From positions 1 through 26,316 of IMG/VR virus record IMGVR_UViG_3300009161_000197: DNA of 26,316 nt; one strand, given 5' to 3'. Each line of letters opens with the position of its first letter. The first letter of the stretch is position 1. This document shows, piece after piece, positions 15,731 through 23,446 of the stretch. The translations under genes were made by a program, and so were the position numbers. The DNA comes from a virus. Its lineage: Duplodnaviria; Caudoviricetes. The notes beneath the pieces were generated by a model. The model was not told where the DNA came from and ran no database searches. It was given only the letters and a program-made list of their open reading frames with translations.

Positions 15731-17453
15731 AACGTTTAGCACATTTAGAGAAGTTGCAATCATTGACCCCGTCGAAACAGTAGCTAAAGAAGGGTGGGTA
15801 AAATGGGGTATCGACAATCTTTACCCTCAATTTTTATGGTCTTTATATGTTAACAGCCCAATTCATGGAGGTATAATCAACTCTAAAAATACTTTTATTT
15901 CGGGTGCTGGTTTAAAATATGAAGGTGTTGAAAATTGGGACGAGATTAATAAAAATGGACGATCTAAATATACACTAGACGAACTTGTCGAAATGTACTC
16001 ACTAGACCAAGAAGTTATTAACGGTTATTATATTAAATGCGTTTATGATTCATTAAATCAAAAGTGGCAATTAGAACACTTAGATTTTGAGTTGATGCGA
16101 CCTAACGAAAACGGAACTATATACTATTATTCTGAGAATTGGGCAACGTCTAGACAAAATGATAAAACTAAATTCAAAGAATATACTAGCTTTTTTAACC
16201 GTACAATCGAAACAAAAGAATGCGTTTTATTTGTAAAGGCTAAATCTAGACAATTTATACTAGAAACTAAAAAGCTGACTTCAGGATATTATCCTATTCC
16301 ATTGTACAGCGGTGGTATTGATTCAATATTGACTGATATAGAGATTAATTTCTTTAGATTATCGGAAGTTGTAAACGGTTATAAGGGTGGGACATTGATA
16401 TCTTTGAACAATGGAATACCAGAAAGTGAAGAGCAAGCAGAAAAGATAGTTTATGACCTTAAATTAAACGCTACAGATAAGCGTAAACAAGGCGGTGTAA
16501 GCGTTACTTTCTCTGACGGTAAAGATAGAGAACCTAGCATTGTACAATTAAACGGAAATGACTTAGATAAGCGCTATGAAAGTACAGAGGTTGGACTTTC
16601 TAAAAAGATATTTATTTCGCATTCTGTAATTAATCCTAAAATGTTTGGGTATATTCAAGACAATTCTATGTTTTCACAAGACTTAGAAAATGACTTTAAA
16701 CTATTCAATCGTACATACGTAAAGAAAAGACAAAAGAATATAGCAGACTCTTTGAACTATGTACTTTCAGAACTTAACGGAATGACGGGAGAAATTAGTT
16801 TTAATGAATACGAACTATTTGATAAAGCTGAAGTAATACCTACTACTCCCGTAGCTTTAAAGTTGTCAGCAGAGGACAATGAAACGCAAATACTAGATTT
16901 ATTTGTAAGTTGTGGACGTTCAAAAAGTGATGTTAAAATTATAAAATCTAGTGAATTTAAAAACCAAACAGAAGAGGAAATTATCGAAGGTTTTTTTAAA
17001 GACAAATTTGCTGTTAACGATAATCAAAATAGAATCCTATCCATGCTTTCAAATGGTGAGAGTTATGATGCAATTGTAAAAGCTTTAGATATGAAACCTA
17101 TTGAAGTTTCAAAGATAATTGTAGGGTTACAAAATAATGGTTATTTAGACGGTGGTAACGTTACCGACAAAGGACTTCAAGAGATTGTAAGCAAAGAACA
17201 GATAAGTGTTGTTTATTCTTATGAGAAAAGACCTAACGCGCCCGACTTAGTTAAAGGCGGTAGTTCTAGACCATTTTGCAAAACACTTATCGAAATGGAT
17301 AAAGTTTACACAAGGGAGGAAATAGATACTATCAGCTCAGCGGTTAACCGTGATGTATGGAGTTATAGAGGCGGTTGGTATCATAACCCTAACACAGATA
17401 TTAACACACCTTCGTGTAGACATTTTTGGAAACAAAACGTAATCTTTAAATAA
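15708..17453 (+). CDS. Portal protein with C-terminal extension
   Basis: WGIDNLYPQFL...SPIHGGII..K...I.G.G N-terminus, YYPIPLY, ISH..INP.MFG; extension with helical domain and SRPFC...YRGG...CRHFW. Confidence 0.85.
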   Translation: MEEKQTARTFSTFREVAIIDPVETVAKEGWVKWGIDNLYPQFLWSLYVNSPIHGGIINSKNTFISGAGLKYEGVENWDEINKNGRSKYTLDELVEMYSLDQEVINGYYIKCVYDSLNQKWQLEHLDFELMRPNENGTIYYYSENWATSRQNDKTKFKEYTSFFNRTIETKECVLFVKAKSRQFILETKKLTSGYYPIPLYSGGIDSILTDIEINFFRLSEVVNGYKGGTLISLNNGIPESEEQAEKIVYDLKLNATDKRKQGGVSVTFSDGKDREPSIVQLNGNDLDKRYESTEVGLSKKIFISHSVINPKMFGYIQDNSMFSQDLENDFKLFNRTYVKKRQKNIADSLNYVLSELNGMTGEISFNEYELFDKAEVIPTTPVALKLSAEDNETQILDLFVSCGRSKSDVKIIKSSEFKNQTEEEIIEGFFKDKFAVNDNQNRILSMLSNGESYDAIVKALDMKPIEVSKIIVGLQNNGYLDGGNVTDKGLQEIVSKEQISVVYSYEKRPNAPDLVKGGSSRPFCKTLIEMDKVYTREEIDTISSAVNRDVWSYRGGWYHNPNTDINTPSCRHFWKQNVIFK

Positions 17454-17454
17454 A

Positions 17455-17997
17455 ATGAGTACAGCATTATTAATAAACGCATATAATCTTAAACAACTTT
17501 CTTTAATTCATGGAAATGTTGAAGATAGTATATTAACACCTACAATTAAGATAGTACAAGACACAATGATAGAACCTATTATAGGCACGTCTTTGTACAC
17601 TAGAATACTAGAAGGTATTGACCTAGATAATCTTAACGCTGACGAGGTTATTTTAATGGATAAGTATATTATTCCCGTAGTTGCTATGGGTTGTAATTTA
17701 GAGGCCGTTGTAATGACTACATACCAAATTAGAAACAAAACTACAGGAATAACAAACGACGAATTTCTAAGGGGTGCAAGTGAAAGCGAAATAAATAGAC
17801 TTCAGGATTCATTTAGAAGTAAATTTGAACACTATAGACAAAAGTTAATACAGTATTTAAAATACAATTCTGTTCTATATCCTGAATACTATCAATATTT
17901 CTCAAATCCTGACTCTTTTTATAGTTGTTTAACAGATGGCGGTGAAGGAATTAAACCAGACTTAGGTAAAACTAGAAGTAATATCTATTTTAAATGA
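17455..17997 (+). CDS. Head-tail adaptor/connector (probable)
   Basis: 180 aa helical protein after portal; GNVED...IKIVQD..IEPIIGTSLY...YPEY pattern. Confidence 0.65.
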   Translation: MSTALLINAYNLKQLSLIHGNVEDSILTPTIKIVQDTMIEPIIGTSLYTRILEGIDLDNLNADEVILMDKYIIPVVAMGCNLEAVVMTTYQIRNKTTGITNDEFLRGASESEINRLQDSFRSKFEHYRQKLIQYLKYNSVLYPEYYQYFSNPDSFYSCLTDGGEGIKPDLGKTRSNIYFK

Positions 17998-18623
17998 AGA
18001 AAACTTTAAATAATCTTAATACAGAACTACAAGCAATTGCAGACGCACACCTTCAGGTTAATACTTATTATTGGGGTGACTTTCTAAATGCTATAAACCA
18101 AGACAAGGCGGTTACTTACCCTTTAATGTGTTGCTTTGTTACAGGAAATAGTTTAGATAAAGTTACTATTCCTGTTACTATTAATATAATTGTAGCTGAT
18201 AAGTTTTTTAAGAATGGTCGACAAGGTAATTTAAACGATACTGAAAGCGACACTTTGCAAGTTGTTAGAGATGTTTACGAAGTTATTAGTAAAAGCCCTA
18301 GATGGCAAAACATTGGTAAGATAACGGGTGCAACGGCAAGTAAATTTATAGAAAAGGGTGCAGATGAAAGCGCTGGATGGATTTTAGCAATATCATTTAC
18401 AATATACGATAATCAAAGTATTTGTAATTTACCTATGATGGGGTACGACTTTGAAACGTCTGCTAATATGCAAATGTGTGAGGACGTTATTATAATAAAC
18501 TCAGATGGTTCGTTTACGCATACGGCTGCAAGTGGTGACGTTTATACGCTTCCAGATACCACATACAATGTTTATGTAAATGGTAACTTAAATAGTACGT
18601 TCAATATTCCAACATTAAGCTAA
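17994..18623 (+). CDS. Tail terminator/completion protein (probable) with beta-rich C-terminal extension
   Basis: HLQVNTYYWGD, YPLM, SDTLQVVRDV, F.E..ADESAGW, CNLP motifs; position after adaptor. Confidence 0.55.
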   Translation: MKKTLNNLNTELQAIADAHLQVNTYYWGDFLNAINQDKAVTYPLMCCFVTGNSLDKVTIPVTINIIVADKFFKNGRQGNLNDTESDTLQVVRDVYEVISKSPRWQNIGKITGATASKFIEKGADESAGWILAISFTIYDNQSICNLPMMGYDFETSANMQMCEDVIIINSDGSFTHTAASGDVYTLPDTTYNVYVNGNLNSTFNIPTLS

Positions 18624-19213
18624 TGAAAAACTTTATAACCGACTTAGCATTTACAGAAGAACTTACAACGCTTGCAAGTGATGACACTATACTAGTAAGA
18701 AAAACTAGTCAAAGCAAAAAGAATACAGAGATAAGTGTAAGTAATTTCTTTGAGTCAAATATAACTCCACATATAGCTTTATTAGATACAACTATTCAAA
18801 CCATTGCCGTTGCACACACTCCACAAGTAATTACATTTAATACTTTAGACTTTGCGGCTAAAATAACACAAACTTCTAGTTCTAGATTTACAGTTTTAGA
18901 AGGTGGTAATTTTATAGCTAATATTTCAGCACAAACAGAACTTTCTAGTGGTGCTAATAAATTACTAGATATTTGGATAAAAGTAAACGGAACTAATTTA
19001 GCTAACTCAAATAGTAAGATTAGAGTTGCAAATGGTAACGATCAGAAAAGGCTAACTATTTCAATACCATTTACTTTAAATGCTAACGATTACGTTGAAC
19101 TTTGGATGAGTGGTGATGATGTACATTTACGATTATTATCAACTGGAGTAGAAACAACACCTGATAGACCCGCAACTCCAAGTATTTTTTTAACAATAGA
19201 TAAATTACCGTAA
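18623..19213 (+). CDS. Fibre/spike-like protein with C1q/TNF-like beta-sandwich head
   Basis: ITFNT, SRFTV..GG.F, DIWIKVNG, TLNANDYVELWM pattern. Confidence 0.6.
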   Translation: MKNFITDLAFTEELTTLASDDTILVRKTSQSKKNTEISVSNFFESNITPHIALLDTTIQTIAVAHTPQVITFNTLDFAAKITQTSSSRFTVLEGGNFIANISAQTELSSGANKLLDIWIKVNGTNLANSNSKIRVANGNDQKRLTISIPFTLNANDYVELWMSGDDVHLRLLSTGVETTPDRPATPSIFLTIDKLP

Positions 19214-19231
19214 AAATTAAATAATTATTAA

Positions 19232-19239
19232 TATCTTTA
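19232..19239 (+). promoter_or_regulatory. Variant -7 element (TATCTTTA) 4 nt before ATG 19244
   Basis: In a 30-nt intergenic gap; same geometry as 12653 and 15329. Confidence 0.45.
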
Positions 19240-19243
19240 TACT

Positions 19244-20965
19244 ATGGCGAATAACATTAATATAACATTTAGCAAGGCGGATATGGGTCTTGAAAATGTG
19301 GATAATACTTCTGACTTAAACAAACCAATATCTACAGCTACACAAACGGCATTAGATGATAAGGTAGACAAAGAAGCTGGAAGCCGTTTAATAACTAGTG
19401 CTGAAGCTACATTGCTGGGTAATACTAGTGGAACGAATACGGGCGACCAAGACCTTCAAAGCGTTGTAACTGCTGGCAATACTACAGATACAGATATTCA
19501 ATTTGGGGACGGTGTTGGTGTGTTATTAAATAATACTTCAAGGCTTAGAGAGGGTACAATTGATTCAGGTGCTGGTGGTGGTGTTGCTCAAATTTGCGCA
19601 GTTGGTTATGAGTTGAAATGGGAAGCTGGAAGTCAGTATGTAATGGACGGAAACGGTCTTTTAATAAGAGAGGTTAACCATAAATTTACAAGCATTCCAG
19701 ATGCAAATAATGACAATTCACAAGGCTTTTATGCTGGTTCACGTTGGATATTAGATAATGGGGATTTATACATTTGCACAGATTCAACAACCGCTACTGC
19801 TGTTTGGGAATTACAAACTATTGACACCGTGCCAACAGATGGAAGTGTTAAAGCTGTAGAATCTAACGGAGTATTTGACGCTTTAGCAGATAAAGTTGAT
19901 AAGGTTGCAGGAGAAAGACTTATAACAAGTGCAGAAAGTACTTTACTAGGCAATACTTCAGGAACTAATACGGGAGACCAAACACTAGGTTCTTTAAATG
20001 CTGAAGACTTAGCTAATAAAGCAACTAATTTTACAACTGTAAATGATACACTCTATCCAAGTGTTAAAGCGGTTGATGACCATATAAATAGTAAACTTGT
20101 TGGACTTTGGGATGACAGAGGTTCTTATGATGCTTCAGTTAATTTATTTCCTTCAAGTGGGGGAAGTGGCACAGCAGGAGCTATAATGAAAGGTGATATA
20201 TGGACTATTAACGTACAAGGTACTTTAGGTGGTACTGTTATGCACGTTGGTGATACGGTTAGAGCTTTAATAGATTCACCAGCTCAAACTGCAGCAAATT
20301 GGGCTTTACTAGAAAGTGCTATAGGTTACGTTCCTGAAAATGTTACCAATAAAGTTACTACTTTTAGCGGTAATACTACTTCAGATATTAAATATCCAAG
20401 TGTTAAAGCAATTGTAGATAATTATACTAGTTCAAATATTAAAACTATTCTAGGAATTACAACATTAAGCGGAAGTAATACGGGAGATCAAGACTTAAGC
20501 GGTTACCAAGCTACATTAACGGCCACAAACTTAAAGACTTTAGTGGATACTTTTGCAGCTACTACTACGCCTGTAGACGCTGACGTTGTACCGATTACTA
20601 ATAGTGCAGGAACGACAACAAAAAAGCTATCATGGTCTAATTTTAAGAGTACTTTACTAGCTTATTTTGATACTATATTTCCAAGGGTAACAGCAGCTAC
20701 AACGGGGTCTGTAATTTCGTTTAACGTACCAGTAGTGTGGAATACTCCAGCGAGTCCTTCATCTTCTAATTTAACTGACGATTTGACAAATGCAAAAATT
20801 GGATATATTCAAAAGATATACCATAATAAGGCAACCGCTCCGACTGTTCCAGCTGGTTGGGTTTTAATAGGTACAGGAACTTACACAACTTCGACTTTGA
20901 ATATTATATTTGCCGAGTGGGTTTCATCTACTCGCGTTGAATATTGGATTACTAAACCAGCATAA
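19244..20965 (+). CDS. Tail fibre protein, mosaic with internal repeats
   Basis: Thr/Gly/Ser/Asn-rich; GLENVDNTSDLNKPISTATQTALD fibre motif; three SG(T/S)NTGDQ and two YPSVKA repeats. Confidence 0.8.
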   Translation: MANNINITFSKADMGLENVDNTSDLNKPISTATQTALDDKVDKEAGSRLITSAEATLLGNTSGTNTGDQDLQSVVTAGNTTDTDIQFGDGVGVLLNNTSRLREGTIDSGAGGGVAQICAVGYELKWEAGSQYVMDGNGLLIREVNHKFTSIPDANNDNSQGFYAGSRWILDNGDLYICTDSTTATAVWELQTIDTVPTDGSVKAVESNGVFDALADKVDKVAGERLITSAESTLLGNTSGTNTGDQTLGSLNAEDLANKATNFTTVNDTLYPSVKAVDDHINSKLVGLWDDRGSYDASVNLFPSSGGSGTAGAIMKGDIWTINVQGTLGGTVMHVGDTVRALIDSPAQTAANWALLESAIGYVPENVTNKVTTFSGNTTSDIKYPSVKAIVDNYTSSNIKTILGITTLSGSNTGDQDLSGYQATLTATNLKTLVDTFAATTTPVDADVVPITNSAGTTTKKLSWSNFKSTLLAYFDTIFPRVTAATTGSVISFNVPVVWNTPASPSSSNLTDDLTNAKIGYIQKIYHNKATAPTVPAGWVLIGTGTYTTSTLNIIFAEWVSSTRVEYWITKPA

Positions 20966-20966
20966 T

Positions 20967-21725
20967 ATGAGTTACTACCATCATTTAATTAAGAGTAGTG
21001 CTGGATACGGTGCTTTAACTACTGCGTGGATAACTGCAACTGGAGAAACTGATACAACTATCATAAGCGCTTTAAACACCTTAGAAACAGATTTAACAAC
21101 TTACGGGTTAACTTCTAAAATGAAATATTTATATCCATTTGTTGGGGGAACTGCGGTTAAACATAAGTACAACTTTATGAATACTGCCTTAAAACAATTA
21201 ACTTTTAGTGGTGGGTGGACGCATTCTGCAACTGGGGCGCAACCTAATGGAACTAATGGTTATGCAGACACAGGTGTATCAAGAAGTGATTTTACAAGTC
21301 TTAATTCTTTGAGTTTTGGTGTTTATTCAAGAACTAACATTCAAGGAATTTATGGTGATATTGGTACGGGTGGAGGTACTGATGATTTTAATATGTATTC
21401 ATACGCGGTAGGAGGTAATTATTACCGAGTAGGAGGGGCTGATGGTTCACAAGTTTCAGCTGGCACAAACTCTTTAGGGTTGTTTGTTGGTAATAGAATT
21501 GATGCGACTACTGTAAGATGTTTATCGAATGGAACTATAACGGGTAAAACGGTAGTTCAGGCGTTTACAAATACTCAAAATAGTTTAATTGGTACAGCTT
21601 TAGCTAATTACTCACCACGTCAATATGCTTTTTGTCTTTATGCTGATGGATTAACTGACGCTAACTTAAACAACTTAGATACTTTAGTTCAAGCATTCCA
21701 AACAACTTTATCAAGAAACGTATGA
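20967..21725 (+). CDS. Lectin-like (beta-sandwich) fibre/receptor-binding protein (probable)
   Basis: Start revised to ATG 20967, 1 nt after the upstream stop; YPFVGGTA..HKYN, GGWTHS..GA.PNGTNGYADTG, FQTTLSRNV. Confidence 0.6.
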   Translation: MSYYHHLIKSSAGYGALTTAWITATGETDTTIISALNTLETDLTTYGLTSKMKYLYPFVGGTAVKHKYNFMNTALKQLTFSGGWTHSATGAQPNGTNGYADTGVSRSDFTSLNSLSFGVYSRTNIQGIYGDIGTGGGTDDFNMYSYAVGGNYYRVGGADGSQVSAGTNSLGLFVGNRIDATTVRCLSNGTITGKTVVQAFTNTQNSLIGTALANYSPRQYAFCLYADGLTDANLNNLDTLVQAFQTTLSRNV

Positions 21726-21973
21726 AACTAACAGACATAACACAAGCACAATGGACTACCTATGTAGGTCTATTGACTATTGAGCAAAAGGATTTAATAG
21801 TAGGTCAACAGTATACTACGGATTCTTACTTCAATCCGATTCAAGACTTAAATGACAACTGGGTAATATCTATTGAAGAGATGGAATATTGCACAAACGT
21901 AGATTACCTTTGGGTTAAGAATTTAGATTTAATTATATACGAGCCAAAGGCAGTTGTTAACCCTTTTGAATAA
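21722..21973 (+). CDS. Small acidic protein, possible fibre assembly chaperone
   Basis: 83 aa coupled by ATGA to the preceding gene; YFNPIQD.NDNWVIS.EE motif. Confidence 0.5.
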   Translation: MKLTDITQAQWTTYVGLLTIEQKDLIVGQQYTTDSYFNPIQDLNDNWVISIEEMEYCTNVDYLWVKNLDLIIYEPKAVVNPFE

Positions 21974-22653
21974 TGGAGTTCATAAAGTACATTACACAGT
22001 CTAACTTACCACCTTACTTGCTATTCTTTGCAATTATATTACTAGGTGCTATGTACTTTTTTAGAAAGCCAATAAGCACAATCTTAACAAATATAAAGTT
22101 TAAGAAATCAATTGATAAGGATATTATAGATTTAAAAAGTCATGACATATTCAACACGCTAGAAAGGGTTAAGAATGAAGCTATGTTTTTAAAGTTTTAT
22201 TCACATGGCAAATATGATGCTACTAAGTCGAGAATGTCATGCGATTTCGTTAGTTTTAAATGTGATGTTTGCTATCAAAAGTTTAATGAGTTTTTAGATA
22301 ACGACTTTACAAAGGTAAGTAGTGATGAGATAAAGAAAATGATATTAGCTGCTATGTGGGGAATGCACGCTGAATATGTTAAGCAAATCAAAGCGCATTG
22401 GAGCGATAGAGGTATAGACAAAACTGATATTGACTATGTTATTCAATTGTTTGAGAAATTCAGACACGATGTAATTGTAAGCTTTCAACACAGAATAGAT
22501 GCTATATTTTCGTGTGAACATTATTTAACTAACTTTGATAAGATATTAGCTTGTTATAACATATTTTCATTCGGTATTGATTTACTGCCAAAGGACTTAC
22601 AAGACACGTTTGAGAATGTTAACGGAAAATTTTACGATATAAAATACAATTAA
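21973..22653 (+). CDS. Membrane-anchored protein at the head of the lysis cassette
   Basis: Single N-terminal TM (YLLFFAIILLGAMYFF) followed by RK and a ~190-aa soluble helical domain. Confidence 0.6.
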   Translation: MEFIKYITQSNLPPYLLFFAIILLGAMYFFRKPISTILTNIKFKKSIDKDIIDLKSHDIFNTLERVKNEAMFLKFYSHGKYDATKSRMSCDFVSFKCDVCYQKFNEFLDNDFTKVSSDEIKKMILAAMWGMHAEYVKQIKAHWSDRGIDKTDIDYVIQLFEKFRHDVIVSFQHRIDAIFSCEHYLTNFDKILACYNIFSFGIDLLPKDLQDTFENVNGKFYDIKYN

Positions 22654-22654
22654 T

Positions 22655-22843
22655 ATGAGAGAATTAAAAAAAAGATGGAATAGTGAAACACCTCACTTTT
22701 TTAAAAAGTTAATCCACGCTGGTATAGTAGTTGGTTTAATTGGGGGTGCATTAGTTACGTTCCCTGTTACTGCTGCAGTAGGTGCGGTGTTAGTTACAAT
22801 AGGCGCAACTGCTGCGACAATTTCAAAGTTGACTAAAATATGA
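22655..22843 (+). CDS. Holin (probable)
   Basis: 62 aa, basic N-terminus, two TM segments, ATGA-coupled to endolysin. Confidence 0.65.
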   Translation: MRELKKRWNSETPHFFKKLIHAGIVVGLIGGALVTFPVTAAVGAVLVTIGATAATISKLTKI

Positions 22844-23286
22844 AGGTTTCACAAATTGGTATTCAATTGATCAAAGATTTTGAGGGCTGTAGATTAAAGG
22901 CTTATGTTGATCCTGGAACTGGTGGATTACCAATTACGATTGGGTATGGAAATACAGCTAGGAAGGATGGCAGTAAGTTTAAACTAGGTGATGTAATTAC
23001 TCAAGAAAGAGCTAATGAACTATTTTTAGAATTACTTCCTAAATACGAAGCTACTGTAATCAAAAACATAAAGGTTACTGTAAACCAAAATCAATACGAT
23101 GCTTTAGTGTCATTCTGTTGGAACTGTGGGAGCTCTGATAGTTTATTTAGATTAGTAAACATAAAAGCAACTGATGAGATTATTCATAAATGGTGGTCCA
23201 CGCATTACATCATGGGCGGTGGTAAAGTGCTTGCAGGATTAGTAAGACGTAGAAAGGTCGAAGCTGATTTGTTTGTAAAGAAATAA
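22840..23286 (+). CDS. Endolysin, GH24 phage lysozyme
   Basis: IKDFEGCRLKAYVD...TIGYG catalytic region, NQNQYDALVSF, GLVRRR..E..LF; no SAR/signal segment. Confidence 0.93.
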   Translation: MKVSQIGIQLIKDFEGCRLKAYVDPGTGGLPITIGYGNTARKDGSKFKLGDVITQERANELFLELLPKYEATVIKNIKVTVNQNQYDALVSFCWNCGSSDSLFRLVNIKATDEIIHKWWSTHYIMGGGKVLAGLVRRRKVEADLFVKK

Positions 23287-23298
23287 AGGTTATATTTG
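23268..23298 (+). promoter_or_regulatory. Consensus Bacteroidota promoter TTTG-N19-TATATTTG driving a small RNA
   Basis: TTTG 23268-23271, 19-nt spacer, TATATTTG 23291-23298. Confidence 0.75.
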
Positions 23299-23302
23299 TA
23301 TC

Positions 23303-23379
23303 GGGTTTTTCATAATTCCCTGTGTTTTTGGTTAGGTTAAATTAATGCTCGTAGCTCCTGTTACGGGCATTTCTTATTT
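23303..23379 (+). ncRNA. Candidate small RNA with an anti-start-codon seed (UUUUUCAUAAUU)
   Basis: Bounded by a consensus promoter and a terminator hairpin; no plausible + strand ORF before the hairpin; U-rich. Confidence 0.6.
23344..23379 (+). terminator. Rho-independent terminator
   Basis: AATGCTCGTAGC-TCCT-GTTACGGGCATT 12-bp stem (two G-U pairs favour the + strand) followed by TCTTATTT. Confidence 0.75.
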
Positions 23380-23395
23380 AGAATTAATATAAATA
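23375..23395 (+). promoter_or_regulatory. 21-bp palindromic operator-like site, copy 3 (TATTTAGA-ATTAA-TATAAATA)
   Basis: 20/21 identical to copy 1; ends 20 nt upstream of the -33 element of the early promoter. Confidence 0.65.
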
Positions 23396-23415
23396 GCAAT
23401 TATTTTATTATAAAG

Positions 23416-23446
23416 TTTGTTATATTCAATATTATAACTAACTTTG
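23416..23446 (+). promoter_or_regulatory. Consensus Bacteroidota promoter TTTG-N19-TAACTTTG for the early operon
   Basis: TTTG 23416-23419, 19-nt spacer, TAACTTTG 23439-23446; A-rich leader to ATG 23480. Confidence 0.85.

Noticed and set aside
16989-16999. GGT TTT TTT in the portal linker, same phase as the chaperone slippery site; a -1 slip would hit TAA at once and truncate portal before its C-terminal domains
   Set aside because: A T7 run is unremarkable in this AT-rich genome and there is no open alternative frame to test; not supportable without conservation data.
2234-19953. All minus-strand ORFs in the track (2234, 2713, 6577, 7506, 9750, 12169, 12299, 13141, 13432, 14025, 16757, 17508, 19729)
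   Set aside because: Short, antisense to well-supported + strand genes, with shadow-like Ser/Ile/Leu-rich composition and no motifs.
20910-20966. TTG start for the 20910..21725 ORF
   Set aside because: Lies inside the fibre gene; ATG 20967 directly follows its stop.
23290-23313. Minus-strand micro-ORF MKNPIQI with a good-looking initiation region
   Set aside because: Only 7 codons, no convincing minus-strand promoter seen, and the G-U pairs of the adjacent hairpin favour a + strand RNA; kept only as the alternative to the sRNA model.
12605-23395. Repeated palindrome as a CRISPR repeat, att site or dif site
   Set aside because: Copies are kilobases apart with no spacer periodicity, no integrase or cas gene is in the window, and there is no XerC/XerD arm pattern.
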